Below are positions 35,838-48,900 of a DNA stretch of 64,000 bases, piece after piece (positions within the stretch are counted from its first letter, which is position 1; each line of letters starts with the position of its first letter). Below the pieces are notes generated by a model. It saw only the letters and a list, made by a program, of their open reading frames with translations, had not been told where the DNA came from and searched no databases. The position numbers and the translations under genes are program-made. Source of the stretch: Phoronis australis (taxonomy: Eukaryota > Animalia > Phoronida); assembly GCA_002633005.1 (NCBI GenBank), contig NMRA01000293.1, forward strand, positions 3,256-67,255, written 5' to 3'.

Positions 35838-35950
35838 AGTAATCACTTACAGGGATCATTGATGTTGGGAACCAGTTTTCTCCTCTCAACCACGGTCATC
35901 GAACTGGTTCTCAAAATCCCGAACTCCTGTACATGTAAATGACTATTGCC
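35838..35950. mobile_element. Short palindromic MITE family; relatives at ~54290-54378 and ~57828-57892
   Basis: GAACCAGTT...AACTGGTTC internal palindrome; TCACTTACA / TGTAAATGA ends; TGACTA(T/G)TGCC shared by the three sites. Confidence 0.5.
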
Positions 35951-38566
35951 GACTATTGAATTGATTCTAACAATCATCCCAGATTTTTTCTTTTTGATCT
36001 CAAATTCTCCTCCCAACTTATGACATCACGAATGGGCGGCAACCACACCCCGTTCGTCCTGGAAGAGAAACTGGCGTAGTCGCCGTTTTATTTGGATAGC
36101 GGACAAGACTCACCCCACAAAATCATTCATAACGTTCGATCAAAAAACAAACAAACAAACAAAAATTCACATGCAGAGGAAGTAAAACAACAATGGTCTA
36201 AAATCCTGAAAACAGAGGGATATGCATAGATAAATCGACAGTAGCGCTCGACTGAGGACTTGATTTGAAACCAGTCTACCTCGCAGGGTATGTAGCTGAA
36301 CTGAATCTGACAACCACAACCAGCAACCTAGATGTAAAATGAATAGTTTTGGTAATGTTGTAGTAAAAGAATGCATGTAATTCTTTAAAATAAGAGCTGA
36401 ATGAAAAAGCATCACATCGTTTTCATTGCCACTTTCCGCCCCACAGATAGCGCGGATGTCAATAGTGCATAGCGTGTCTCACCAATGGAGTCATTGTTAA
36501 TAACAAGTAGTGCGAACGACCGAGTGTGCAGACGCTGACATCGCTACAGCTACACGCAACGCTAAAATAAGATTATTTGAAACTACAATTTTTCACTGCT
36601 ATACAATTGTTATTTTTCAAACACCAATTTTGTTTCAAATTCTCCGTATAAATTTTACTTTTTTACTTTTGCCACAAAATGTTTAATACACATTTGATAA
36701 ACAGTGTGAGGTAGGACTTCTAGAATTCTTATGGTAAGTGGGCCTCTTCACAAGACAATCATTCAGTGGATCACATCTCGATTTTCTGCAACTTACTTGG
36801 TAACAATAACGACGATTAACGTATGCCGCTGCTGGCAAAGATACACCGGTATTGAGTGTCCGGGATAAAGCCGCTATTGACTGTTATTCACACTGAATCG
36901 TCTGGTAAAACAATAACATATATAAACGAAACACTCATGACTCAGAGCCTATACACGTATGCCGTTTTAATCGAAGCAGCTAGTGAGATGGATGGTATCA
37001 TTTTGTTAACAAAAAGGTATGATAAAGTAAGAATTGCGAAGCAAATAATAGAAAAAGGTAGGACAAAAGAAGATCTAAATTCTGAATTATATACTTTTTC
37101 CACAGATAATCACCTCACATCACAATCAGGATACACCGCTTCAGTGGCTTCTCAGTGCTGAGAACTTGCCAATTCAACGCACGAATTCGATTTCAAACTC
37201 AGGCCCACTCGTCCGCCAACAGTTTACCATTGTCTCTTATGGCACTTACCCATGAAGTCATTTACAGCTAAATACTAACACAGAAACAATTTGGCTGATC
37301 TCCGTGAAAATATATAATGTTGGAGCACACTAAATTTGTCTTACTCATGTTCATTGAGACATGTCATGACGTCTAAAATGATCAACATTTGCCAGATTAT
37401 TGGAGTTTTACCCCTAAATTTCTCATTGTGGTCAATTGCTGTTCCAATATTTCAATAGTAGGACAGAGATATAATCGGGAATTACGTGAAAAGCTAAGTT
37501 GGTCGCCTTAATGATCACGTCGGTCTCAGTGTAGCCCGTTGTAGCGATATTTTGCTTGAAACTTGTTTTTTAAGCGATTGTTGGTGGGGCTATCTGCTCG
37601 CAGATGCAAAAAAAATACATTGACTGAGTACCGCGCGCCGCCGCTGTCGGTCGCGGAAAGGATAGGATACTCACCCATTTGAAGTGTGGACTCTGAAAAG
37701 GTACCCATTAGTGAGGGAGCTTGGAATCCACGAAAAAGACAAAAATACGTACCGTGAAGAGGTTTAAGACACACCACCTCTAAACTATACGGGGCCCGAA
37801 CCCAGTCGTGCTTCATTGACAACCCGGCGCTTCGGCTTTTTAGTGATAAGCTGACTCAATATCCAGGCTCAGTTAATCTACGATTTCAGTGGACTTGTTT
37901 CTGTTGCTGGAAATTGTCTTTTTGTTGATGGAACGAGTTATAGGCAAGGTCCACCGACCTAGAGCTGTCAGTAAGACTCGGACAATCCGGACCTACTAGG
38001 TACTGGGGCCCTCAGATTTCATTGTTTAGTCTATCTGAGGTAGAGTATTAGCAGGTTCGAGTTCCAACAGATATAACAGCGCCCTCTATTTATATCTGTT
38101 CAAGCAAAATTTCGTCTCGGCCGCAACGATTTCCTTTTTATCGCTAAGGTGGCGTGAGGTGTGCAGTGTGTTTTGACAGCTCCAGGTAATTTCTTCTTCT
38201 TCACCCTTTTTCTGGTTATTTGGAAATTCAAAATATACGAGCAACGCCCCCCGCTGTGAACACACAGCTTAAAACCAAAGAAAGTATGTGACAAGTTAGT
38301 TGTGTACAGATAAATGGTGAGACCTCGCCCTCGGACTCTGCCCCGATTGACTCTCGTCTGTGAACTGAAAGACGTGAAGACTGCAGTTGGGCTCATGACT
38401 GGAAGAACCCTGATACTAGACACGTAACCGGCATGTAATTAAATATTTACAGACACGCTAGAGAAGGTAGACGCCTCTTGGAACACGAGATTGCCTACAT
38501 GGTGTCGATCAAAACGTTACTGGCGGTGCCATGGTACAGGTCATGGCCTGATCCATACACTACAGT

Positions 38567-41168
38567 ACACCGCGACGGGCCTAAGGTCGGGCGACGCCCA
38601 GGCCAGGAAAATGAAATTCAGAAATATTGTAATCTTATGAATCAATTATAAGTATATAGTCTACAGAATGTAACTTTTTGAAAGAGCTTTTTACTAATTT
38701 GCCTTTCAACAGAGGACTCCCCGGTCCGAGGCTCCACGGCAGTCAGGGGCACGACCCTACCTAGCTAACGGGATTCCTCCCCGCAAGTACAGAGAAAGAG
38801 ACAGAGAGGGCGAGACAGAGGGTGACAGGTTTATTAACATAAGTAATATTAGCTCATAATACAGTTTACAGAGTACAATAAAACAATCAAAAGCATGATC
38901 TCACAACCCGCAAAGTACTAGGCTACTGTGCGCAAGCCTACTGACCGGCGACTGATTTGAAGTAAATCTACTTACTATTCATTTACAAATGTCTAACATA
39001 ACAATAGCAATTAACTAAAATCGTTACACACGTAGTGAATTTCTTTTTTTAGGCTTATTTTACAGCCGTGCTTTGCCGTCTTCGTTTGGGAAGAAATTTC
39101 ACGGGGGAAGAAATTTCACGCCTTAGACGTGAAATAACTTCCCCTCAATAACGCGCATGCGCAAAAGGGTCAGAGTGGGAAGAAATTTCACGGGGAAGAA
39201 ATTTCACGCGACACCGGCNAAAATCGATGGAATATCACTAATTTAGGGGTCTATAATAGTGCAGTGTTTAAATATACACTCACACACACCCACATATAAA
39301 TAAAGAGTAGCTCCCTATGCCTTCGTTTTATGAAGAAAAAAACAAGCGTCAGTTCCAGTCAGAGTAAAATCACATTTCGGGTACGTTGAAGTATTTTCAG
39401 TTTCACGTTATAGGCGATTTACAACAGGCCGGTAGGCTGACAATTTTTCAGCAGGAGATGTCTCGCGCAAAATAAGTATGAAAACGAAATATCCCTGATC
39501 AATCAAGAATACAAAGTCAAGCAGTTTTGCAAAAACGTTTAATTAAAATTAGGATACTGAATTCTCAAGTTTTCGAAAGATACCAAGGCCTTCAATTTCT
39601 TTGGTCAAGAAATAACTTTTAATTAAAAATAGGATACTAAATTCTCAAGTTTTGCGAAAGATACAAAGGCCTTCAATTTCTTTGGTCAAGAAATAATTTT
39701 CTTCAACATTTTAAGTCTTTGCGAATTCTCAACATTGATAACTTTGTTTTTTATAAGGTTTGATAGGCACCTTATTTAAATTCACGCAGGATACTCGTTC
39801 GTCTTGTTCCCGCATGAAGTAAGTAATTCCTACTACATATATATTTGCAAGTTCCTTGATATACAACACTATGGAATATAACAGACTTAAAATAGTCTTG
39901 TTTATTAAGGATTCATCTCAGGCATTTTAGGAGCGCTATACACGCGCTCAGGGCGCATTCAAAGATTTTTGATCTGCGAATTCAGTTTCCTTTGCAAGAA
40001 AGTGTAAATATTCTACTACAATTTTTACCCATAGTAGCTCTGTATGGTACATTTTTCCCACGGCATTTGATTTTGTACAATAATCTTAGAGTTTTTAATA
40101 CTTTTCCTGATTCTCGCTAATTATTTCGCTTGCTGGAGCTTTCCTAAACCGATTTTGAAAATTTCCCTTTTTCCGAATCTTATGAACTGAATTTCCTGGA
40201 AAAAACAAGGTTTCCAATTTCTGTTTTCTTTTAGTGTACATTTTTGTAAGACTTTTCTGAAAGATGCGTTTGATGATGTAGGAACGCTATTTCACACAGG
40301 ACACCTATTTTCCCCGGGATCATCGCCTTCGCGGTCACAGGTGGGCGTCGATTATTTTAACTTATTACGTACCACAACAAATGATAATGCCTTATTGGGA
40401 ATATACTCAACCGATTATTTTTACCCATTCGAGTATTTCTGACATGTTCTTGAAGGAAATTCAGTACAAGCGAAAAAAAACACTCAAATCGGAGTGAACG
40501 ACATGAGAGCGTCTTCACACCGCGACGGGCCTAAGGTCGGGCGACGCCCAGGCCAGGAAAATGAAATTCAGAAATATTGTAATCTTATGAATCAATTATA
40601 AGTATATAGTCTACAGAATGTAACTTTTTGAAAGAGCTTTTTACTAATTTGCCTTTCAACAGAGGACTCCCCGGTCCGAGGCTCCACGGCAGTCAGGGGC
40701 ACGACCCTACCTAGCTAACGGGATTCCTCCCCGCAAGTACAGAGAAAGAGACAGAGAGGGCGAGACAGAGGGTGACAGGTTTATTAACATAAGTAATATT
40801 AGCTCATAATACAGTTTACAGAGTACAATAAAACAATCAAAAGCATGATCTCACAACCCGCAAAGTACTAGGCTACTGTGCGCAAGCCTACTGACCGGCG
40901 ACTGATTTGAAGTAAATCTACTTACTATTCATTTACAAATGTCTAACATAACAATAGCAATTAACTAAAATCGTTACACACGTAGTGAATTTCTTTTTTT
41001 AGGCTTATTTTACAGCCGTGCTTTGCCGTCTTCGTTTGGGAAGAAATTTCACGGGGGAAGAAATTTCACGCCTTAGACGTGAAATAACTTCCCCTCAATA
41101 ACGCGCATGCGCAAAAGGGTCAGAGTGGGAAGAAATTTCACGGGGAAGAAATTTCACGCGACACCGGC
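38567..41168. repeat. 652-bp apparently identical direct repeat (38567-39218 and 40517-41168)
   Basis: offset 1950 bp; first copy ends at the single N at 39219. Confidence 0.9.
39538..39697. repeat. 2 x ~80-bp tandem repeat
   Basis: TTTAATTAAAA.TAGGATACT.AATTCTCAAGTTTT...CTTTGGTCAAGAAATAA twice. Confidence 0.9.
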
Positions 41169-42629
41169 GCCTACCGGTTGCTAATGTATACCGGTTAGTA
41201 TGCCCTACACTCGATTTTATGAGGTCGGTTGATGAAGGAAATAAGTTGAAAGTATATGTGGAAAATATCTGCATGTTCCTGACAAATGTTGTGTTACCAA
41301 ATGCTATTTTATCAATTTGTGGTGATGGTAATCTAGGTTTTTTTAAAAAAAAAACACGTCAGAATTAAGCATACTACATACTTGTTCTACTCTACTGGCA
41401 GTAGATCATGGCCTTCTACTCAAATAAGACATTGGCCTTACAGTGTTGGTCATTTGTATTCTGGTGTGATCAAAAGCAGCAAAGTCCTATGGTGTGCTTG
41501 GAGTGAGTATGCATTAATCCTAACTACAAGTGTCTGATGAAATTTAGTGGAAACGCGACATGCATGAACACCTCCAATAGCATTATGCTGCATTGCTATA
41601 CTATAACCAGACAGAGAGAGGGAGGGAGAGAGAGAGGGAGGGAGGGNAAGTTCTTACTCCTGGTCCAGTGTTTATATCTAAATTTAAGTTCTCTAGTCAG
41701 TCTTCAGCCTCAGTACAGGTCATCCAGTGGTGTCCAATGTAGTTAATGTCTTAAGTTTATAAGACACAAATTCCAGCATAGTAACAAATTAGTGTAAACA
41801 ATCTGCTTAGTGTAGTTAAGGGATAATGTCAGTGTTCTGTAATCAAAACGAACACAAGCTACTCATGGTTCATTGTAGTAAACTGTAGTAAATAGCTTCT
41901 ATGGGTCACCCAGTCAACTCTGGGTGGACTATCAGAGTGACAAGAACAAACAGTGATTGGTATTATTCTGACCAATTTCCTCACTGTGTGTATCTCACAG
42001 GTGGACCATTAGCTAACAAAAGAGTGGGTGGACTAAAAAAACGGGAGCACCTCTGTGAATTGCGACTTTGCGCTTATTTAGTGGACTTTTGTCCCATTGT
42101 CTCCGACTTTTTGTCTCTCAGGGGCGGATCTTTTTGCCCACTTCGCCAATTGGGGGCTCATTCGAGACCCCCGAGGCCCCCCCCTGGGGTGCGCGCATGT
42201 TAATGGTGCATTCGTGGGTGCATTTCAATGCTCCGCTTTGCTCCTGTTACAAAACACAATTATTTATGCAAGAAAATGAAGTTTATTATTAGATTGTTTT
42301 TCACTTAAACGCTATAACGGGCATAATGAGTGTCGGTTGACTCCCAGATTTTGTGCGCACCCCCGCTGGTCATTAGCTCTATGATGAAGTGACGAGCAGA
42401 AGTACTTGGGTGGTATGAAATCTTTAGGTCTATTGGAGCTTAATACACAGTGAATCCTAGCAGTATTTTGACATTAGTTTCTAAGTAGCTAGGAACTGCA
42501 GTGTAGTCTTCAACATTTTGCACTAATTGTTCCTAGACAAAACGCACCCATGCGCCACATGGTGGACAAATGTTGTTCCTGATTAGAATGGTTCAACTGT
42601 TTTTCTTTACTTTGTAGATGAGCTTGTTA

Positions 42630-44384
42630 CCGTAAACGTTCGGGTTAACGCCCATGCTCAGTTAACCACCCACCCCCTACTTTAGGTGGATTTTTGATTT
42701 AACCGCCCACTGCTCGGTTAAGTGCCCCCCTGCGATTTTTGAAGATTTCCAGTTAAGCGCCCTCCTCTCGGTTAAGCGCCCATCCCCGACTTTTAAAGAA
42801 TGAAGATTTAGCGCCCAGTGCTAAGGAAACGTGCGATTCCCCGACTTTTAGAAAAAGATCGATGATCACAATGAGTGCAACGACGCCGGGCCTCCGAGAC
42901 GGTGGTTTAGCAATGTGAATTGCAATTATACAAGTAACGAGTTATTGTCTTGGGTCATGGACTCACTTCAAAATATAATACTTGAACGTTTTTGTCACTT
43001 TATTTTCTTCCCATGTTTGCAAAGTTTAAGAACGCCGCCGGCGTCAAAACCTCCGCTTTCAGCGACTTTGTCTGCCGCGCTGAGTTTTCATCTGCAGTGC
43101 ACTTGATAAAACATATTCGAAAAAATCAAGCCAGAGAAATGAGACAATGGTTAAAAGTATATAGTCACGCCCGTTTCTGTTACTTAGGACTGTGACTTTG
43201 TAGTGGTGCACGCGCGCAAGTTCGCACACTTTGGAGTGCATGTTACCTTGACACCAACATGTGATTGACAGGTGACTCGCACGTAGGCCCTACACACGTG
43301 CTGAATCCCGCCGCTATCTTTGGCCATAAAAAGCTGTTATATTACTTGATGGCATTTCCAAGTCACGATTGTCAGCCGACTGAGACATTTGCGCGCTAAC
43401 AACGGGACCGAACAGTGCTGCAGTGCGATATTGCAAGTGATAGGATAATCTGGACATCTTGCATGAAAAATAAATGTTTTTCCACCACGAAGTTTGGTAA
43501 AGTGATCGTTTATGAATTGAAACATCGCTGTTTTGTAGCGTTTTATCACATATTTATGCCGTGGCTCGAAATTTTATTCTTGATTGACGAGTGGCTCACG
43601 GCCGCTTAACCCCGATTCTTGTCTTGGGCCTACTTCTTTGCCGAGCATGTCTGGCGCAACGGCAAGTGAGCAATGCCGGGCAGTCGAGGTAAAACAGCAA
43701 GCCACAGAACCATACGCTGAAAATGTCATTGAGTCACGGTGTGTTGACTACAAACATCCCATACACAAAAAACATCTGAATTAAGATTTTCAAACTTTTA
43801 TTACAACCAATTTTAAAACTGCTCTCTGACTGTGAACTTGGCAGCTAGTACGAGACTGTAACCATAAATTTGATGTCTGCTGTGACCTCTGCAATACGTG
43901 AAGCTTGCACGCGCGCACTTTAGCAAGATGAAATAGTTGCAATCCAAGTAGAGGCTGCGTGGTCACTGGTCGTCTGCGCTCTACAGGGCTAAATAACAAG
44001 ACCGCAGGAAGGCACGGGGCTATTACTCAGCAATTCTGTAAATTTAATAGTGAATAACTAATCTGAGGGCATGATAACCTTTGTTAGGATCATCCGCTGT
44101 TATGACATTTTTCCCGTCATGTGGCGACGTGACGATAACGCTCTTTGAAAAGTGCTACGCGTTCCGAGTAGGCCTACATGTGTGGTGTGTGGACTTGGAT
44201 CACGAGGTAAGATTAACCGCCCAGGGCGCTTGCCTGTCGTAATAAGCGCTCATGTTCGGTTAACCGCCCACCCTGGATTTTTTGAAGTTTCACGTTTAAG
44301 CGCCCATGTCTGGTTAACCGCCCACCCCCGATTTTTTGGGTTTTCCAATTTAACCGCCCAGGGCGTTAACCCGAACGTTTACGG
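42630..44384. mobile_element. Non-autonomous Tc1/mariner (pogo-like) DNA transposon, 1755 bp
   Basis: TA|CCGTAAACGTTCGGGTTAACGCCC ... GGGCGTTAACCCGAACGTTTACGG|TA (perfect 24-bp TIR, TA TSD); many TTAA(C/G)CGCCC subterminal repeats; no transposase ORF. Confidence 0.9.
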
Positions 44385-45949
44385 TATGTGTGATAATGTA
44401 AAATACCTTACAATTCGACAGGAAATATTTAAATTGCTGTGAATAATTTGCAAACACACCAATACAACCACTACACTTTTAACTTAAGTTAGTGTTTTGT
44501 TCAACGTACAACTTTCATTGGTCATCTGACAACAAGTCATACTGATTGTTAAAATAGCATGGCAGGTGCCACAGGCAGCTGGGATTTTTATATGTGCCAA
44601 TCACTGCCAATGTAACCCATGGTGGCAAAAGGATAGGATTGATAACTTATCACAATATCACCATGAAGAAAGCTGCCTTTCCTTCGAAACGTTTCAAACT
44701 TATGCAGAGCCTAAGTGTCATTTTCGGTGACAAAAATCTGCCACAAAATAACAGGAAAAGAATGTAATATCACTCTTATCTGACACTTTTGTAGTAACTA
44801 TGCCTGAATTACACGGCTTCATATCTTGATGGTAGAGAGGAAGGTAGCCATACTCTTGTAGATCGGAGGTAGCGTGTGTGATGTATGTCGTTCACTCAGG
44901 ATGAATGTCATTTTGTTTGTGTTTGTATCTAGTGCTACACTGTGAGAGGTGCATTTATACCTGAGTGGTGCTGGCGTAAACCAAATAGGTACGACTCCAA
45001 ATTTACGTTTTGAAATTTGTTTTTCATGCCACTGCTCTCTGGGTAGAGTTGCTCAGCACTGTTCTGTAATTACAAGTTACATGTGAGCTAAGGCTCTAAA
45101 TGATTGATGGAGTGAGTGTTATTGAAAAACTAGTACCAGCAGAAAAGCTGCATAACAGTTTGATAAATTCCCACATAACTAGGGTGTTGTTGTGCTTTGT
45201 CAGAACTGTTGTACTAGAAGGGTACATTGTTGAACACTGTCACTCTGCTATCCGCGACCCTAGTGACTTTTCCATAGTGTGGGGGTTGATGGGGATGTGT
45301 TGCCAACTTGGGTAGGTAGTCCACCGGGTCGGTATGGTAATTAAATTTGACGTGACATCGGTAGGTATGTCTCAGATAGGTGACAGGGGGTGGGTTAGTA
45401 GTGGGGGTGGTGAATGGATGCTATTGTTTCAGATACATTTTGATATTATTTCAGGTATATGGGGTGGCACCTTCTCACTAATTATATACAAGAAAACCCT
45501 TGGGAATGTAGTTTAGAGACCCTGATTTCTGACAATAGCGAAAAGCAGATCGAATCGTTATTTCTTTCGTGTGATTAGAGGCTTCAAACAGGTCGGGCCA
45601 CCAATTGATCAACGATCGCTATGCAGCAGACATGCTCAAGTGCTTGTTCATTCTTTCCCATGGTGGTACTGTTCTTTTGTTGGTTTTGAGAAACAATAAA
45701 CATGGAATGCAGCAAGTTATTGGTAAACGTAGCTGTGGCATAATTCAGAGCAAACAGTCGGGCATGTTATTTATCACTTGGAAATGGTAAAATGCAATTT
45801 GGTGATTTAAAAAAACAGAGGAAATGTAATTTAATATTGGCCAAAGTGGATTCCTCGAGTAGTTAGAAAGTGCTCTCACTAGTTTCTTCAGTAAGTATTT
45901 GCTAATTAGGACTTAAACATGATGGCTTTATGTTGCAGGTAGTCTCACC

Positions 45950-45998
45950 ATGTTGTCTACTATTGTCAAGTACTATGACGATCTCATGGAACAAAGTG
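45950..45998 (+). CDS. ELOVL7: ELOVL coding exon 1
   Basis: CACCATG; [16 protein letters not shown](D)|gtaagt, phase 1 joins DPRV; acceptor ends at 45938. Confidence 0.88.
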
Positions 45999-48900
45999 GT
46001 AAGTTGTTTGAATATTTCAATAGTCTTTCGTGAAATCATGAAGTGTCCTTAGAAGAAACTCACCTATTTAACATTACAACAATGCTTCACTTTCACAAAG
46101 TATTTTTTCAACATGGTCACAATAGTTTTCAGGGCTTGGAATTTTCCGCGGAAACGCGAATTTCCGCTTTTTTCAATGTGCTGTCCGCTTTTTTTATAAT
46201 ATTTCCGCGTAAAAAAATCAGATTTGATATAAAATTTCCGCGACAAATTCCTTTCTTACCGCGGCGTTGCAGACGACGTTCACCTGGAAAAGCGGAAGTT
46301 GCTCTTTTTGTTTCGGAGGAACGTAAATTGTCAACATTGCCGGGGCACCTGGGACAGCGTGGTGGGATTTTCAATGGCGTCTCGTATTATTGTTAAGCGC
46401 GGTGACAAATACTACCGCTCTGCAGCCAAAAATGTGTGGGGTTGGGAGTGGACGGGCGAGCTAAAAGGACGCAGACGCATGCTACTGATGGTGGTAACGT
46501 TTTTTTTTTAGTCCCGATTTTGTCGAGGAAAGGTTCACATTGACCATTTCAAGGCTGGTTAGCGGGCATGATTTGGGCCGTAAAAGTTTCCGCGTTTTTT
46601 GTTATTGGTCATTCCAAGCCCTGAGTTTTAAACATTACAGTTAAAAAAAGTTCATTTCAATCCAACAAAAAAAATTCGTGACAAGTGTATTACATCGCAG
46701 CATCTTTCACATTGAAAATTCAAACTCCACTGGACCTACATAATTTTTGAATGTGTTGGATTATCCATGTGCATACTGCGGGGTGTGTGTGTGTTGAGCC
46801 TTGCAATCAATTCTCTAAACTGGTGCCAAACATTCACAATGACCTGATCTGCTGTATCAGTTTGAGCTTATTTGGAATTCAAATTCTAATCAAGGGAGCC
46901 AAACTCGCCATGACAAGCTCTACTGCAATGAGCCAAAATAGACTAGAGATGAAGATCTCATTTGATAAAACTAACATTAAAAATTAATGCTGATTCAGAT
47001 GATGAGTTTAATTGAAAGGACATTCCCACCTTAGGTTTCATCATGGGCCTAAAATGTATGAAGTGTCAAAGGGTTCTTAAGGGAGTACCTTTATGGGCGT
47101 AGAAATGTGCTTAATCTATGCATACTTTTGCTTAATATATGTGTATTTTTGCTTAATCTACATGTACTTTTGCTTAATGTACGCGTACTTTTCGTTTTTA
47201 AACGATCATCGTTCTGCTCTTAGGAGCTTCACACGCCGGAAGCTTTTCGGCGAATTATACCTCACACTGATTAAACCATTCACGTCATGTTGCTATAAGT
47301 ACCTTTTGCACATAGACGGACACCTTAGGAGGCTGACAATGTCTTTAATTTCTTCCAACTCGAACAAAGCCGTGGACTTTTTTCGAGAAGTCCTTTTTTC
47401 AGTTACCTAAATTGGCAACTGGCCATTTTTAACACTGCGTGCACACCTGGCGCTTGTGGCAAAAATAGGGCAAGATTGGACTATTGAACGCGTTGATTAA
47501 GTAAAACTATGTGTAGATTAAGCAAAATTGTGCGTTGAATCAGAGCACAATGATGATCGTTTAAGAATTAAAAGTACCTGTAGATTGAGCAAAAGTACCT
47601 GTAGATTAAGCAAAAATACCTGTAGATTAAGTAAAAGTATGTGTAGATTAAGCACATTCCTAGGAGCAGTACTGGTTAAAGAACCCTTTGAGGCTTCATA
47701 AAAATGTGACAATTGAGATAAATGGTTTATTGAACCAAACCATACACCATCTGTCTCCTGTTGTAGACTACCCTGCTAGTTATGATTGGGTGAACTTGCA
47801 ATTTGCTATTATGTAATCACAAGTAGTGGTATGCCAGACATGGGAGGCATGCACCAAGACAGACTTTCATGAGGGTTACTTATTACTGCATCATTGACTG
47901 ACATGCCTCCACTCTGGGCACAGCTGGGCTCTCTTCTTTGTGAAGCTGCCACTATATATTTGAATTTAAGGGCTTATTGTTCAAAGACTTCAATTTGAAT
48001 GTTTGCACTTGCTTAAAAGGATGATCTGGTGGTAGCTAAGCTTTAGAACTTGGGCATGGTCAAGCATTTAGGTGGCACTGCTTAGCTTTTATGAAAAAGT
48101 GGCAAAAAGTAGTTTTTCTTGTCAGCCATGCTGTGTCTACTGTGAAATCAAAGCATCAGTTGACAGCACAAGATTGAAGGTTTAGTTAGCCGTTACAGAG
48201 GAAGTTGGGTGTTTTCAATCTAAGATTGATTTAAAAAGTGAATTGATAAGCATTTGCCCATAACATGCATCTGTACAAAAATTCTAGTTTCACTTGCATG
48301 TGAAGTTCAGGTGCATTCTCCTACACGCGAAGCACTTGGGCAAGAGTGTATTATGTTGAGTATAGGTGCATGGGACTGCAAATTTACTCTGTAGCCTGTT
48401 CGCTGGTGAAAGTGATTGGTAGCTAAGTGAGGTGAACCCTGTTCCGTAAGCAGTGTACACACGCAGAAGCAGGGAATAAAGCATGTTAGTTGGACCTAGA
48501 AATGTTACAAATTTGGCTAACATTGGAAGGTCAGGTCGAAGTTGCTGATTTGATTCATTTGAAACTTTTTTTATATACTGTGATTTATGTACTATTCTCC
48601 AAAATTCTATTAGCAATTATTTTCAATTTGATCCACTTTTGCTTTAGGATTTATCAAAATAGGGCTTTAAAATTACAATTCTTATGAATACATATATCAT
48701 CAGTTAAATAAAATGGAGACGAAGCGATAATCTAGAAAACTGTAACTGTGTTGTTGAGATTTTATCTTCCAGGACATTTGGCCATGTTATTGAAACGTTG
48801 TTATGCTATGAATTTACCTTTTGTATGTACTTAATTTTACTGAAAACGCATGGTGTCCCAAATAGTTGTAGTTTGGTAGTAATATCAAAAATCAAATTCT

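Noticed and set aside
36856-37161. 101-aa hydrophilic ORF
   Set aside because: GTG start, no convincing splice sites or recognisable similarity
36109-38158. SREBP-like TCACNCCAC motifs (36109, 38149) upstream of ELOVL
   Set aside because: About what chance gives in 64 kb; another lies in MTAP intron 1 (3633), and the ELOVL TSS is unknown
38567-41168. LTR retrotransposon/TRIM interpretation of the direct repeats
   Set aside because: No TG..CA termini, PBS, PPT or TSD; first copy ends at an N
41528-41565. CTGATGA...GAAACGCGAC hammerhead-like string (similar weak strings near 6235, 7230 and 44663)
   Set aside because: Stem II does not pair and the GUH site is missing; at most decayed retroelement remnants
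47093-47712. CRISPR-like or repeat-protein reading of the 21-bp arrays
   Set aside because: Units are contiguous with no unique spacers, in a eukaryotic intron, and arranged as inverted arrays
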